64,000 nucleotides of DNA from Camelus ferus (taxonomy: Eukaryota). The notes below the pieces were generated by a model. That model ran no database searches, had not been told where the DNA came from, and saw only the letters and a list, made by a program, of their open reading frames with translations. The stretch spans positions 116,128,001-116,192,000 of the forward strand of contig NC_045696.1 in assembly GCF_009834535.1 (NCBI RefSeq). Direction: 5' to 3'. Both the position numbers and the translations under genes were made by a program. Positions 14,101-28,540 of this stretch are shown here, one piece after another; positions within the stretch are counted from its first letter, which is position 1, and every line of letters starts with the position of its first letter.

Positions 14101-17100
14101 AAATGAAACATTAGAGTGGCTGAGAAGGACATGTAAAGATGAGAAGAAAACACAAAACAGAGTTATGAGGAACCCACAGTTCCATTATCCTTTTCAGAAA
14201 TCTTTAAATGCAAGCTCTTTCCATTCCCTTTGCCAAAGAAAACTGGCAGGTACACCTTCCTCCACCGTCCCTCAGCGCATTGCCTGGACCTGACCAGGTG
14301 CTCCTGGTCACGCCGTCAGCAGCACACACTCCTCTGTCCCCACGTGATGTAAGCCCCACCACGCAGGAACCCCTCACTCACCACTGCGTCCAGTGCCATC
14401 AACAGCCCACTCTTTAAATGTGTGCTGAACTCCACTGACAAGGAAAGATTAGAGAAGTGAAAAGCAGGGAAGAGAGCAGACACAAGGGGCAAGGAGAGCT
14501 TCCGGCCCTGTCTCCCCAGCCTGAGCCAGGAGAAGGAGCTGCAGACTAGGATGAGAAGCTAAACTCCTTTCCAGATCATTCTGCCACCCTGTAGGCTCAA
14601 GGAACCAGGAAGGCCTTCACAGAGGTGACGACGCATCACAGTCTGGAAGGAGGAGCCTCCCCCAGAACTGAGGGTGGTGAGGCAGGGGAAGCAACGGGCA
14701 CATCTGCAGCACATTTGAAAAGCCACGTTCCTTGATAAATGAAAGAATGAGGCTAAAGAACTCAACAGGAAGAAACGTGTGTGCCATTCAACCGACTGTA
14801 AGCTTTTTAGACTGGACAGCAAAGGATCTCAAACTCTAAAATCCAGAGGAGCCAGGGAGCTAAGATCAATAAAACCGACTTAGAGGCCTCGGTATCACAT
14901 TGGAAAGCACGTGGTTTGTCTACAGAAAGAATCTCTATTTGGTTTCAGGATTCTGGTGCCAGGCTGGGCTGCAGAACCATCGTGGCCAGAGTTTCAACTC
15001 CCCGAGAGAAACCAGAAATCTACATTTTTGTGCAAAATAACCTTAGTGGTAAGGACTGACAACCTCCTCACAGACAAAGGAGAATCACTGAATATTTTTA
15101 AGAGAGATTTAATAGATCAAATTTTCATCTCAGAAAGATGACTTGTGCACCCGTGGCGAGGGTTTGCTGGGAAGACCTACTACGAGCCACCTACCGGTAG
15201 CAGCCAGTACCAGCCTCCCAACATTGGACTATGAGCCTCAAGAAGCCTAAGCCAGTTATGAAGTTGGAAAGAAGAGTTTATAAATGAGAAGCATCTAGGC
15301 AGTAGAAGGACTCAATTTGTAAACTGAACAGAAGCAGCGGGTAGTGAATGAGAGAACAATTTTTTCTGTCTAAAATTGCATGGTGTTGAATGGAAAATCC
15401 AAGTCACTCTCAGACACGTTCACTGTACAATTCCTACGAAATGTCCAAGAGGTAATGAGTAACACTACACAAAATAAAATTGTGGAAATCACGTAGCAAC
15501 TTGAAAAAGTGACTGTGCATAGACGTCAAGTGGGGAAAGGGCTACAAACACATATCTGCACTATGATTATAGAAACGTCCAAGGATATACGCATTATATA
15601 TACACACAAAGGCTGAATGTGATTGTTGAAAAAAGAGAATGGCCTAATTTGTTGGAATACCAGGATTTTAGAAGCCTTTTTCTTTTTATTTATTTTATTG
15701 TGATCTTGTAAAAACTGTTTTGCAGTGAAAATAATAATTTTGAAAAAGATGGCCAATGGTTTCTGTGGGAGTTAAGAGAAGACAAGTTTGCCATAAACTA
15801 AAGAATTTAGAGAAGGCTTGCTGGAGGGGGTGAGGCTTGAACAAGGCCCGGAAGGACTGGAAAGTAATTATCGCTGAAAGATGAATGTTTCCCCTGCTTC
15901 TCCATGAAAAATTGCACTACTTCCAGGAACAAAAAAACACATTTCTACTATATATCGTGGCAAAGGATGAACAAAGCCGATTGCAACCTTGAAACTAATC
16001 TGATTTGCATTTAAAAATCCACTCTGAATTTTCAAAAGATGAAGCCATGTTTTTTGTTCAAAAGTACGTGATATAACGGAACTTTTAGGAAGCTGGAAAT
16101 CAGAAAACCTGCACGCAGCAACGATTCGCCCATTGACTAGCTGTGGCCCCTATTAAGTCATTCTTTCTCTCTGAGCTTCCATTTTTCTTTTGTAAAATGG
16201 AGCTGTTGAATTAGCTGATCTCTTAAGTTTCTATCTGATAATAAGATACTCTTTTTCTCTGCTAAGAACGGAGTATTCAGACTCTTCATACAAAGTTTAA
16301 GGCTTATGAAATTATTGACACACCTTGTTTTGTGTTTTCATTTTACTGATGATTAAAGAGGTATATTTGGAAGATCATCTATGCCTTTTCTAACAAATGA
16401 ATTCATCACTCTGAAGCAGCCGACCAAAAGAACAGAGGAATGATCTGTTAAGGGCTCAGCCAAGAGGCCACATCAGGAACAACACAGCTGGGACTCTGAC
16501 CCCAGGGTGCAGTGTCTGTGCTGCACCAGGACGTGACAGGTGATGCCATGCCTCCAACACCCTGAAAAGTCCAAGAACAAAGAGGTAGAAATAGAGTTGT
16601 CCATCTCATCATCAGCCTCAATAACCCACCGGTGGGCTCTGTGCCTCCAATCCCACAGCTCCAGGCTCCGTTGGGTCACAGGTTCCCATTCCCAGGAAAG
16701 GAACACTTTTGCGTGGGAGACATAACGGTGGTTCCATGGAATTAGAGGCTGTGTGTACCCTGGGATGGTTTGAACGCTTCATGACAGCAGCAGTCAAAGA
16801 AACCGATTACTGTGCTGGCCGCGATAATCAACCTTGATGACCGTAAGAAGTGAGGGTCACTTCTACACAATGTCTACAAATACAGGACGTTCATTAAGGC
16901 ATCTCTTAGCATTTCCATATCCTGTAATAACTGTCATTGGCCAATTGTAACAACCACAATCCAATAACAGGAGGGCCACAGAGGGCTTAGAATCCACAAA
17001 GTGAAGGTCCAGGTCACCCCACTAGGCAAGCAGACCCGTGGAGGTGTTTGCAGAGAGGGGGAAAGTCCACAGTGGGTGGTGGAGGACCGGGATGAGAAGT

Positions 17101-17329
17101 GTCTGTGAGAGTCTCTGGACCGGCGGCAGAAGCAGGGACTGGAGGTGCTTTTCACTGCCGCCTCCTGCCTTGTCTCTCTCAGGAAAATGCACCGTGAAGG
17201 TGGCTCTGTGACCGGCTGGACTTGGACCTCCACTTCCCAGGAGCTGTGATGTCCTCTTCTTCTAACAAGATAACGTTGTCCCACAGTTTAGTTTGTGAAC
17301 CAGACATAATTAGAGGGCATCCATGAAGA

Positions 17330-17955
17330 CACTGATCTTCACTGAAGATGTAAGACATCTTTTTTGTAACTTTTCAGATTGGATTGACTTCACTTATCCT
17401 CCAGACAGCTGCCAGCGCAGCCGCCCACTCAGTGCAGACCCGGGAAGCTTTCCTGCTGGAGGCCAACTCACCACACATGAGTCTCTGTCTTCTCCTGCCC
17501 CTTACGGACTCAGACTCTGGTGAAATGCCGCACCAAAGCACATTTGCTTTCGCATCTGAGTAGCAGCGGAAGGTGATGAATGGGTGCAAATCTGTTGAGC
17601 TGAGGGGCAAAATTCTGGGGCAAACTTGGACCAGTAAGAGGCAAAAGATGGGAGAGAGGCAGGCAGGTAAATTCTCTTCTCCTTCCTCGCAGCCACGGAA
17701 TGTTCTGGATCCCAATTTCTACCACACAGCCTGCCCAAGTGGGTTGACCTTGACCTGCTAAGTGACCTAGTGACCTGCCATCTCTTGCAACTTCTGGTGA
17801 AGAAACAGTCAGCGTGTGACCTCGCGTTGAGCTCACCATCCTTTTCTGCCTCCACTCCTTCCCACTCACCCTCACTGCCCTAGACTTCTAGCCCTCCGAT
17901 AAAGCATTAGAACTTAGCCCTTGTCTTAGATTCCGTTTCCTAAGGAACCTAAGCA
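17330..17955 (+). mobile_element. Old ERVL LTR (LTR16/LTR33-like)
   Basis: aaacttggaccagtaagag...taaattctcttctccttcct; end ccttgtcttagattccgtttcctaaggaacctaagc. Confidence 0.5.
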
Positions 17956-17959
17956 CGTG

Positions 17960-18295
17960 CACTACCCAGACTCCTTTGAAGTTAGACGTGACCACACAAC
18001 CTGATTCTAGCCAATGGAACAGAAGGAGAAACCACACAGACCACTTCTAAACTCGGCACATAAAAACTTGCTCTCTTTCCCTACCTACTAACTAGAAAGG
18101 GAAAATCAGGAGAAAAACCAGGCCCACTTGGAGCCTGAATAAGACAGAGCCTCCGTGCACCTGAGTTTCTGAATGCCAGGGGTGGACCCCTATCTGCTGA
18201 CCAGTTCACCACCCCAAGACTGTCACCTGAGCAAGAATAAGTTCCTGTTTGAACCACTTGTATATTTGAGGTCTTTGCTCCTGGCAGTCGGCGCA
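17960..18295 (+). mobile_element. MLT1-like MaLR LTR fragment
   Basis: ctcctttgaagttagacgtgaccac...ttctagccaatgg; end gagcaagaataagttcctgtttgaaccac. Confidence 0.55.
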
Positions 18296-19880
18296 CCCTA
18301 GGTAACTGACTTTTATGTCATTATTAAACCAGTGACTACAATTAATAAAGATTAGGTCTTTAAAAAGGTAAAACACTAAGGCTGTAACTCACATTTTCTT
18401 TTTTTTTTTTTTTTTTCTTTTTTTTCCCCCTGCCTCCCTGAAACCACATCTTTTTTTGGAAATCTGTGTAAATGAAGTAAAACAACCAAGTGATGACCCA
18501 TCTGTCCAAAACTCACAGTGAACAGGTCCTCTTTAAAAGCCACTCTTCAACCCCTCTCCCCACACCCCCAGGAAAGAAGCCAAATGATCTGAACTGGCAG
18601 GTCATCACCTGCATAAAACCTTTGTGCTGATTTTACTAACAAAGGCTCTAACCCTCGGGAGGCAAGAGAAAATAAGCCAGATGGAACCGTGGAAACAGAC
18701 ATCTTCCTCTGTATCAGCTACGCTGCCCACAAATGGGAACAATGTTTCTCTAAAAAGTAGAAAAGTTCCATGGGAGGAGCACCTCATTTTTGATATTATA
18801 GTAGACAGCGCTCTCTGGTCTTAAAACATGGGGGGTCACTGTGACATCACTGTCCCTCCCGACACAATCGCTGCTCCAGCTCTTACATAAACTACCCACC
18901 CAGACACCCCTGCCCAGCTCACTCCGCGCCTCCTGGTACCCACACAATCACTCCCTCAAGGGAAGCTTGTGCTGTGGGACCGCGGACGCAGGGAGTCCCT
19001 GCCTTCCTCTCCCAGCACTGTGCTCAGTACAAAAGGGGCAGATGTTGGGCCAGCCATGCACTGAGGATGGATGGGAGAAGCTGCACAGAGAAGCAGCTAA
19101 GGAGAGACCCAATCCAGACCGAAGACCGGGGAGGGGGTGGATCAGGAAGACAGGTGAAGTCCACATCTGTGGCTTCTTGCTGGGAGCAAGGAAACAGATC
19201 GCAGATCTTGCTAAATCTCAGCCATGCTAATGAGAACCTCTTAAACGAAGGGAGAACTTCACATTGTCTTCATTTGTTCACTCAGCACAGACTCACCAGG
19301 CACTCGCTCTACACCAGGTGCGGTCACTGGCAACGCCGCAGTGTGCAAGGTAACCAGCTCTCTGCTCTGTCGGAGCCTGTGGTCTAGTCTAGAAACTTCC
19401 ATATGGCACTTTCAGCCAGTCAAAGAGGCAGAGGGATTCATTCCCACCTGCTTCCTGGAGAAAAATGAATGGTAAAAGTGACTCTCATTATCTTAAACAT
19501 CATTTATAAAACCTCTAGAAGGGACCTCTTACGGCTTAAGGTATAAATCTCAAGACCTTGGGCTCAAGACCCTGAACTAAAAATCAGGACACAGATTCTG
19601 ATACATAGTAATTTCTACCATCTACCTACGTTCTTTCCTCTCTTAAGATCTTTAAATACTTTATCTGATTTGCTCCCGTAAGTTAGATATCAGATCCCCC
19701 TTCTCAGCTGAAAAAAACAGAGCCTCAGAAAGGTCATGGTCACATACTTCTTTCATTTTTGTTCCTTTATTTCTTAGACATTACTATTTACACATATTTG
19801 TTTGCATCCACTAAGCCTTTGGGGGCACACTTATTGACTATCCACTTATCAGACATCCACAAATTGTATTCTTCCACTAT

Positions 19881-19882
<2 letters not shown>

Positions 19883-19916
<34 letters not shown>
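19883..19916. repeat. (GT)17 microsatellite
   Basis: Directly visible perfect run. Confidence 0.97.
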
Positions 19917-19917
<1 letters not shown>

Positions 19918-20361
19918 GGCTAGAAAGAACACCAAAAAGACCCCCCCAAAAAAAAATTCAAGGAAAAACACCTGCCCTCATGGAGCTTGCCTCCTAGAAA
20001 GGAAAAAGAGATTAGAAATTCTTAAATGAGCAAGAAAAGTATTTATTAGATGGTGAAAAGTTCCAAGGGGGAAGGAAGTGTCGGGTGGGGTGGAATTTTA
20101 GATCAGGGAGGACTGAATGAGAAAATGACGGGGGAGCAGACAGCTGAGGAGGGGCCGAGGGAGCCGTATGGGTTTCCGGTGGGGAAGCACTTCGGGAGAG
20201 GTTATATAAGTGCAGAGACTCTGAGTGGGAAGCGTGCTGGCCTGTCTGAGTGGCAGCAGTGAGGCCAATGGGCTGGAGTTGAACAAGCAAGGGGGTGAGT
20301 ACTAAGAAAAGAGGTCAAAGAAGGAAAGAAATGAAAGATTATGTAAAAACTGGTTTTACTC

Positions 20362-20950
20362 TGTTGAGACAGGAGGGAAGGGGACAGAGCACAACTATTA
20401 AAAGAATGACACAGCCGTTGAGGGTATGACATGAGCTGGTTAGAACCAGGTAGGCCCAAGATGGCAGAAGACTGGACTCCCAGTGGACCTTGAGCCTCAT
20501 TATAGGCTCACTGTAATACATTCGCTGCTAAGTGACAGACCCACAGGTGACTTGACAGTTCCCAGGCTGACCATAAAAGGCCACAAAGTGGGAGGCAGGG
20601 GCCTAATTCCTGGGAACCTCCACCCTTTCTCCAAAACGGTTGGAATAATACTCCCACTTGTAAGCATATGAAATCACCCAGCCCATAAATACTAACCTCC
20701 CCTGCACCCCGGGGCCACCTCTCTTGCCGTCTGAGCTGGCCCCAGCTCTGTCTGTGGAGTGTGTATCTCCCTGAATACATCTATCTTCACTTTACTATAG
20801 AATGTGTATCTCCTGGGGCCGCTCTCCCTTCTGAGACAGACTGTTCTCTCTGTGGAGTGTGCATCTCTCTAAATAAACCTGCTTTCACCTTCCTATGGCT
20901 TGCTCTTGAATTCTTTCCTGCAAGAGACAAGAACCTACCCTCCAGTAACA
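20362..20950 (+). mobile_element. ERV1-type solo LTR with duplicated R-region block
   Basis: TG...CA termini; collinear with 10599-11182; AATAAA at ~20872. Confidence 0.85.
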
Positions 20951-21280
20951 TAGTCACTGTAAGAATGATGGCTTTTACCCAAAGTAGGATGGGAAATCAT
21001 AAGAGGGTGATGAGGATTGGAGAGTCGCCCTCTCATCTCTGGTTTAACAGAATCACTCTGGCTGTTTGGCTGAGAGTAGATTGTAGAGCATTAAGGGCAG
21101 AAGAAGTGAGCCCAGGATGATCTGGGAGCAACCCCAGTGACAGAAAGAGCTGCAGTTTAATCCAGCGTGGGAGCAGTGAAGGTGCTGAGACAGCCAGATT
21201 CTGCACATACTGAGAAGGCACAGCTGACAGATTTTCTGATGGATAGACATGGGTTGTGGGGGGAAAAAAGAGAGAGAGAG

Positions 21281-21325
21281 GAAAGTCTGAGAAGTCTGAG
21301 AAAGTCTGAGAGAAAGTCTGAGAAG
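21281..21325. repeat. Short tandem repeat (AAGTCTGAG-based) x4
   Basis: gaaagtctgagaagtctgagaaagtctgagagaaagtctgagaag. Confidence 0.9.
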
Positions 21326-23973
21326 CCCTGAACATCTGTAGCCAGAGCAGTGGGAAGAAGGGATTGTCATTTAATGAAATGAGAGACACTGGGACACAAG
21401 CCATGCCTTGTTCCATGTAAATTGTCTTCTAAAAGGTATGACTTGCAGTCTCACTTTTTCGAAATAACAGGGAGGAAGAAGCAAGCAGAAAGCAAATAGG
21501 GAAGGAGGATTCATTCTTTTTAACTGGTTAAAAAAAATTGTAACAAGTCTTCATCAATCTACCCTTCTGGAATTATTTCTCACTTTTTCCCTAGAATAGT
21601 GCCTCATTTCTACCAGCCTGGTTGTCTGAGCTTGGGTGCCTCCAGAAGCAGGGAATTTGGGTGCAGGGGGTTTGCTGTGGGGGGAATTCTCAGCAGGGGA
21701 TTCTCAGAGAGGAGGAGATCGCCCCCACAGTAGGAGGAGGGAAAGCCTGTGCAGAGGTGGGGCTGAGCTGATTACCTCCATGGGCCACTGAGGTTCGGTC
21801 CCACCGCAGAAACCACAGAGAATGCATCTCAGAACTGTCCCTGTGACAATTCTGGGACATTTCCTCCAACTTTCAGCCTCCCTTAGCTGAGGGCTGCCCC
21901 CACTGACGTTGACTCCCTGACACCTGGGGACCGTCTCTGCTGTGTTGAGCCGCCTTTCTGGGCATCAGAGAAAGCCCTGAGGCCAAAACAGGGACTTCCC
22001 CGTAGACACTTGAGGTGGGACCCCATCAATGTGGGGAACTGTCTAGCCGCTTGGCCTTCCATCAGGTGGGAAGGGGGTGCCGTGGGGCAGGTCCCCGCAG
22101 ATGACCGCCACACTGGGTTCCTGGGCTGCCCACTGCCCGCCTGTTCCCTCACCTGCTCACCTGGCTTGTCCTGTGTTTCTCCCCCAAAACTGTACTCCCA
22201 AACATCCGCCCCCAACCTATGGTTCTCATCAACAGCCAAAGTCCAGGTGAAGTCTCACTTCCTCCAAGAAACCTAGGACCATTCCCAGCGAGAAGAGCCT
22301 CCCACTCTTTGCAGTGCCTGCCGCACAGACAGCCAGATGTCGGACCCTTAACTCTGATGCCTGACGGATGGTTAGGTCTTGACACACATGCTTTGTCTTC
22401 CCAAGTAGATCATCAATACTTGAGGGCCAGAATTCTCTGTATCCACTCTGTTGATCACTCCTACTTACTCCACGCAGGTGGTTTTGACCTTCTCTAGCAG
22501 CAAAGAGGGACAACTAAGGTCGCTGGCAGCCATGATCGGTACCACCTCCAGTCGTCTCGGAAAGTCACTATGTGAATGAGCTTCTTTCATTCCCCCCAAA
22601 ACCGAAAGGCAGGCCAGACCACTCCACGTGTATCTATAAGCACGCAGCATATGTATGCTGCTTGAATATCTCTAAGAACCTTCAAGTTGAGATTTTATTA
22701 AATGAACAATTTTGGCACAGCAGGGAGGAGTGAGACTGGAAATAGCACTAGGTTCATTTACAGGCTGAATAAATCTCTCTAGTAATTAAACCATTAGGTG
22801 CAGGCTGGACAATGGCCAGGGCCAGGAAACTTCATTCTTTGTAGGTGGAATTTTTGCAAGAAGACTCTGCTGGCCCAGGGAGAGTGGGTAAAATGACTGG
22901 TGTCTGCCAGAAAGACAACGGCTTCAGGTATAAATGGGAACAATAGTACGTACCACTGACAGAGGAGTAGGATGGGGCAGAGGGGAGGAAGCTGATCCCC
23001 TGGGCATATTAAGAGCAACCTGCATGTGATCACAGCTTGGTGGCTACAATTATTTTTAATATCCTTATCAGTTAGAGATGCATATCGATGTACTGATGTA
23101 TGAAGCAATCAGAGCCCAGAATTTGCTCTGAAATATGTCAATAAAAAGGGACCATGAAACGTTGATTTTGTTAAAACCAGGTCATAGGTACATGGGTAAA
23201 ATCTCTCCATTTTTCGTGTTTGGAAATTTTCATTATGCAATATTTTTTCAAAGTGCTCCACGCTGGGTCAGGAAGTTGTGTACAGCTGAGGGACCAGGCT
23301 GTGAGCCTCTTGCTGGAGCAGCTGCCACGGCACCAATAAATAGAAAATTCATGAACCTTTACAGCTCACCAGCACCGAGACCTAGCTGCATGGAGCAGGA
23401 AGGTTCCCTGGGCTGCCCCGAGGAGACCCCCGGCGCCATGAAATGTAGGCTCGCGGGGCTTTGTTCCCCACACAAACCCATCCCAGATGCCACCCTTGCC
23501 TCCCTCTCCCTCTCGATGTGGTTGACAGAGTATCAGACCCACATAGTGTCTTGCTCTTCTCTGGACCTCCAGCTTCAGTGCCCTGCTGACCACAACATTC
23601 GTTTTCTCTCTGACCAATTCATGTTCATCTGATTCTACTATTTCAGTACATTTCACTCCTATTCAAAAACATGCGTATAGCCCCTTCTAATAATGGTACA
23701 TTTCCCATTCATATTGCTTAACCTAACAGTGCTTTTCTATAATATTATGACTATCTCCCCTCTTCAGAACTACCTTCCCACCAGCTATTGTCTTTCTACA
23801 TTTATTTTCCCTAAAAAATGAATCCGCGTCTGCATTGGCCCAAAGTCTTCTCTCCAACCTGCGTCTCCCTTACTTCCCACCCCGACGGGCTACCTAGCCC
23901 AGTGCTGGGCTGGCTCTTAGTAAATAGTCCTCACTTTTATTTATTGAGCTACTAACTAAATACTGGGATTTAA

Positions 23974-24669
23974 GGTGGGATTACAGTTTGGTGCAGCCAC
24001 TATGGGAAACAGTATGGATATTCCTTTAAAAACTGAAAATAGACTTACCATAGGATCCAGCAATCCCATTCCTGGGCATATATCCAGAGGGAACTCTAAT
24101 TCAAAAATATACATGCACCCCAATGTTCATAGCAGCACTATTTACAATAGCCAAGACATGGAAGCAACCTAAATGTCCACTGATAGATGAACAGATAAAG
24201 AAGATGTGATATATTTATACCTTGGGATACTACCCAGCCATAAAAAAGAATGAATAATGCCATTTGCAGCAACATGGATGGACCATCATACTAAGTCAAG
24301 TCAGCCAGGAAAAGAAAAATACTGTATGATATCACTTATATGTTGAATCTAAAAAGATGACACAAATGGACATATTTACAGAACAGAAACAGACTCACAG
24401 ACATAGAAAACAAACTCATGGTTACTAGAGGGAAAAGGGAGGATGGGGGGATAAATTGGGAGTTTGGGATTAGCAGATACAAACCACTATATACACACTA
24501 GATAAACAACAAGGTCCTACTATGTAGCACAGGGAACTATATTCAGTAGCATATAAAAACTTAAAATGAAAAAGAATATGAAAACAAATATACATATATA
24601 TGTACAACTGAATTACTATGCTGTGCACCAGTAATTAACACAACATTGTAGACTGACTATTCTTCAAAA
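23974..24669 (+). mobile_element. 5'-truncated L1 (end of ORF2 and 3'UTR)
   Basis: ORF2 C-terminal sequence (tgcaccccaatgttcatagcagcac, tgccatttgcagcaacatggatgg); 17-bp TSD taaatactRggatttaa (23957-23973 / 24670-24686, 1 mismatch). Confidence 0.95.
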
Positions 24670-27603
24670 TAAATACTAGGATTTAATGATGAAAACTTCA
24701 TTCATCCTATAGACAATTGTTAAGCACTTACTATCTGTCATATCCTACATCTACAAAAATAAACAAATTAGATATCCACCTTGAAGAAGTTCAAAATCTA
24801 GTAGGGGAGATAAGTGCATAAACACCTACACTAGGTTGTGAAAAAAACTGTAGACAAGGTATATAGTACATTGAGTGGCAATACCAGTGAATATACTCAA
24901 TTTGACCTATCAGAGTAAGAGTTGGAGCTATGAGGAAGGGGCTTCCAAAGATGAGAAAACACTTGATTTTGCCTCTGCACGGTGGAGCAGCAGTTTGTCA
25001 AGCGTATATAAAAACTGGAGACAGAAATTATAAAACCTCTGTGTGAAGCTAGAATTAATAAAGGGAAGTCATAAGAGATCAGGTTGGAAGAACAGAATCT
25101 GAAGGTTCTGAGTGCTATAAACTTTGAGCTTTATTCCACAGAAATTAGAAATGCACTGAAAGTTTTTAAGCCCAGCTGTCAAGTAATACGGGCGGTTTTG
25201 AAGGTTTAAGGTTTTCCCCGGAGTAGGTAAAGGGTGACTTTGAAGGCTCAGGGTGAGGCAACAGAAACAGAGGGTCACAGACAACACCAGCAGTTACAGG
25301 ATGATTGTAACTGCAGAGGGGAGAACACGTGGATCTGAATAAGGGCAGTGCCAGCCACGGTGGGTCTGCCTGGCTCATAAATGTACTCATCCGCCTGGTT
25401 TAAACTTTTATCTCCACCTCCCCCAAGAATATATTTCCTCTAAGACGTTATCCTGAGAGTCTGTCAGGGAAAATCTGGGAGCAGATGACAAGTAACTGGG
25501 AAATCTGCAAAAACTGTGCCCTGCTGTGACCATTACTCCTTCCCTAGGTACCTTCTCCTCCACTGCCCCTTGCCCCGCCCCGGCCCCCCCGACTCCCCAA
25601 ACCCTCAGCAAGAGCAGTTTCCTTGTTGGTGTTGACCTCCCCCCAGCCTCTTCTTGGCTTCTTTCTTCCTAATTTTGAGCTCTGGGTTTAAAGACTCTTC
25701 AACACTTGGTTTTCTATCTAGAAGGATGGGCAAGTGGACCAAACACATCTGCCTGAGTGGACAGAATGCGACACTGACACACAGACACAATGATACACAG
25801 AAGTCGAGACTGATTTCGAGGAGAATGAAAGCTTTCTGCCCGCTGCTCCTGTCTCCTGGGATTTTTAGGGTTTGGAGAGATCACTGCACCTGTTTTTAAA
25901 ATTCTTGAATGCCCATGTGAGGTCAAATTGCTATTTAGATAAATGAGCCATTAATAGCAATGGTTCATATAACAGAATTATTCGGTTGGTTGCCCTGGAA
26001 TTTGTTCGTTTCATTTTTAGAAGTTAGTTTTGGCCAAGTGCTTGGCAGACTTTGTTTAAATTAAGTTCCAGGTGGTAAGGTCCTGGACAAATATTAGGAG
26101 GTATGGCAAAGTTGTCAAGGGCACTAGATGTTTTATTAACTAAGTGTTCATTGAGCACTAGCACGGGGATACTCTGAGATAATTGTCGATGCATCAGACA
26201 GTTCATTCTTCGGGAGGAAACAAGCCAAGTAATGCTTCAAGGTGAACAACCGCAGAACCATGCATTGTCTGGAGGGATGCAAGCAGGATTCCTACCACCA
26301 TTGCGTCTGTTTTGGCTACTTTGTCTTTCTCTTTCTGGAGCCTGGGCCCCTCCTGCCCGTCTCCTTGCCTCTGTTCCCCAACTTCCCAGACCTAGGACCC
26401 CCTGTGCACCTTGAGCATCCCACTTCAGCACTTTCCTCCCAGTCAGCACCTTTCCCAAAGCACCTCTTGCTCTAAAATTGCCCCTTTCTCCTCCTTCTTC
26501 AGTACCCTCCAAACAGGACCACAAACTATTCCATCTTCTCCACTAGGTGTTAGAGGAAAAGCAATCCAAATGCCTGATTAAATCAATTCTCACTAAAGGA
26601 TAGGCAGTGGGAGGCTTAACTTCCACAGCAGCTTTCAGAAGAACCTGTTATTGTGAACGTATCTCTGATTGGTGGGATGTGTGAGGGAGCGATTTTTGAG
26701 GTGTAGGGAGTAATGCCTTCTTCTCATCTATTCATACCAACCAGAGCCTCTCCGCCCAATTCCTCCTCACAGAGATCCCCTTCTGAACTAAAGACAATGT
26801 ATGCCATGGGTCCAATTCACCCGGTTATAGATAAAGCACCGCAGGAGGAAACCTGGCTTGGCCTGGCATCTCTAACCATCTGTAGCCAAGCTCCTGCCCT
26901 AGAGTCCTGTGCACACGTTTGAACTTTTTCTAGATAGGCTTCTACGGCACTCAGTAAGGCTAAAAGTCATATTGATTTTCTGTTGTACCGTTATCTTGGT
27001 CAAACGGCAAAGTGTCTGGCTTGGAAGGAACTATTAGATAAAAATAGTGTGAAGTAATGACCGCAGTGCACACCCTCTTGTGAGAGTCAGTTAACGTGGA
27101 GACCACAAACGGAGGAGTGAGCTGCATCTTCATGTTGTTACCTTCTAACACCAGTTCACTGCATACGGACAAAACCTGACCTTAGCGAAACCCAACAATA
27201 CCCATAAAAGAGGGAACAAGTAGGAAACACACACACAGTCTCTCACTAATGCTCTTACAGTGAGATTTGTCTCCAACTTCAGGTCCGATTGCTGTTTCTT
27301 CACCAGATGGAATCATGGTTGGCATTCAGAGGCTACACCCTAAGACATGTATGATTCTTTTAATACTAAACACACTCAGCATTGAGCACACACCGTGGAA
27401 TTCCCTTAAGTTAAATGCCTAGATAGAGTCCACTGATTGTATCCTCACTGTATCTCTGAGCTTGAGAATCACAGCACTAAGGTATAAACAAACCAAAGAG
27501 ACTGTCCTTTGTGAATGCTGTGCCAGAAGTCGGCTGTCCGGCGAGGCGTGCCGAGTCCCAAACCTGTGCTACGTTTCAGCTACAAAACCTAAGGAGCAAG
27601 CCT

Positions 27604-27639
27604 GAAATTCACAGCAGGCCCGAAATTCACAGCAGGCCC
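27604..27639. repeat. Perfect 18-bp tandem duplication
   Basis: gaaattcacagcaggccc x2. Confidence 0.9.
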
Positions 27640-27949
27640 CTGGAAAACCAAACCTTCGATATAAAGCCAAGTTCCACTACCTTGTCACTCAGCAAATCTG
27701 TGATAAGTTTCTCTTCTGTACGAGGAGTCCGCTGGGCTCAGGTGATACAAAGGTGAATGATGAAATGGCTCACAGTTTACCAACATAAACAGGTGGCCAC
27801 GACACAGTGTCGTGGGCGCTGTGACAGACACAGGGTGCAGGTCAAGGGCACACAGGGCAGAAGCACCTACCCCAACTAAGAGTGGGGACAGGGGAACATC
27901 AGGGAGAACTTCTTGGAGGAGGCACCTGAGAAAAAGGACTTTATTTTTT

Positions 27950-28540
27950 AGTTATGGTTTTTATTTTTTCACTTAGATTTAATTTCAGGCTTATAAAAAA
28001 AAAACGCTGCATAAATAATACAAAGAATTCTATATACTTCCTCCAAATGCACTAGATGTTATTTTATGAAAATATGCTCTCTCATATATGTACATATTTA
28101 TATACAAATACACATTTTTAAATCATTTCAGTGTAGCTTGCAGAGATTATGTCCCCTTTACTCTTAAATCCTCCAGTGTGTATTAAGCAAGGGCATTCTC
28201 TTCCATAGCCTACAATTAGCAAAATCAGAAAATTAATACCGATCTAATACTGCTACCTTACCTGCAGACCGTAATCACACTTCATAAATTTCCCCAACGT
28301 GCGCTTTATAGCAGGAGAAATTCTCAGCTCGTGCACTGCACTCTGTTGTCATATCTGTTTAGTGTCCTGCAGCCTAAACCAGTTTCTTTGTCTTTCGTGA
28401 CCTTGTCATTTCTGAAGTGCATAGTCTAGTTGTTTAGTAGAATGTCGCTCAATTTGGTTTTGTGTGATGCTTTCTCTTTATTAGATTTTGTGTAAGCATT
28501 TTTGGCAGAAATGCCACAGAGGTGAAATTGTGTTTCTGAG
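27950..28540 (-). mobile_element. Old L1M-type 3' fragment
   Basis: T-rich start, cccctttactcttaaatcctccagtgtg, ttgtttagtagaatgtcgctcaatttggttttgtgtgatg. Confidence 0.6.

Larger units (their letters stand above)
19960..21420 (-). mobile_element. L2 LINE fragment split by an LTR
   Basis: L2-like blocks (cctgccctcatggagctt, gaggccaatgggctggag, ggtttaacagaatcactctggctgtttgg) on both sides of the 20362-20950 LTR. Confidence 0.75.

Noticed and set aside
22644..22661. Short palindrome GCAGCATA-TG-TATGCTGC
   Set aside because: 8-bp arms are expected by chance in 64 kb
23135..23632. 165-aa ATG ORF
   Set aside because: No recognisable domain, splice context or family similarity; compatible with chance
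25565..25600. GC box (ccccgcccc) as a promoter
   Set aside because: Isolated motif with no CpG island or other support
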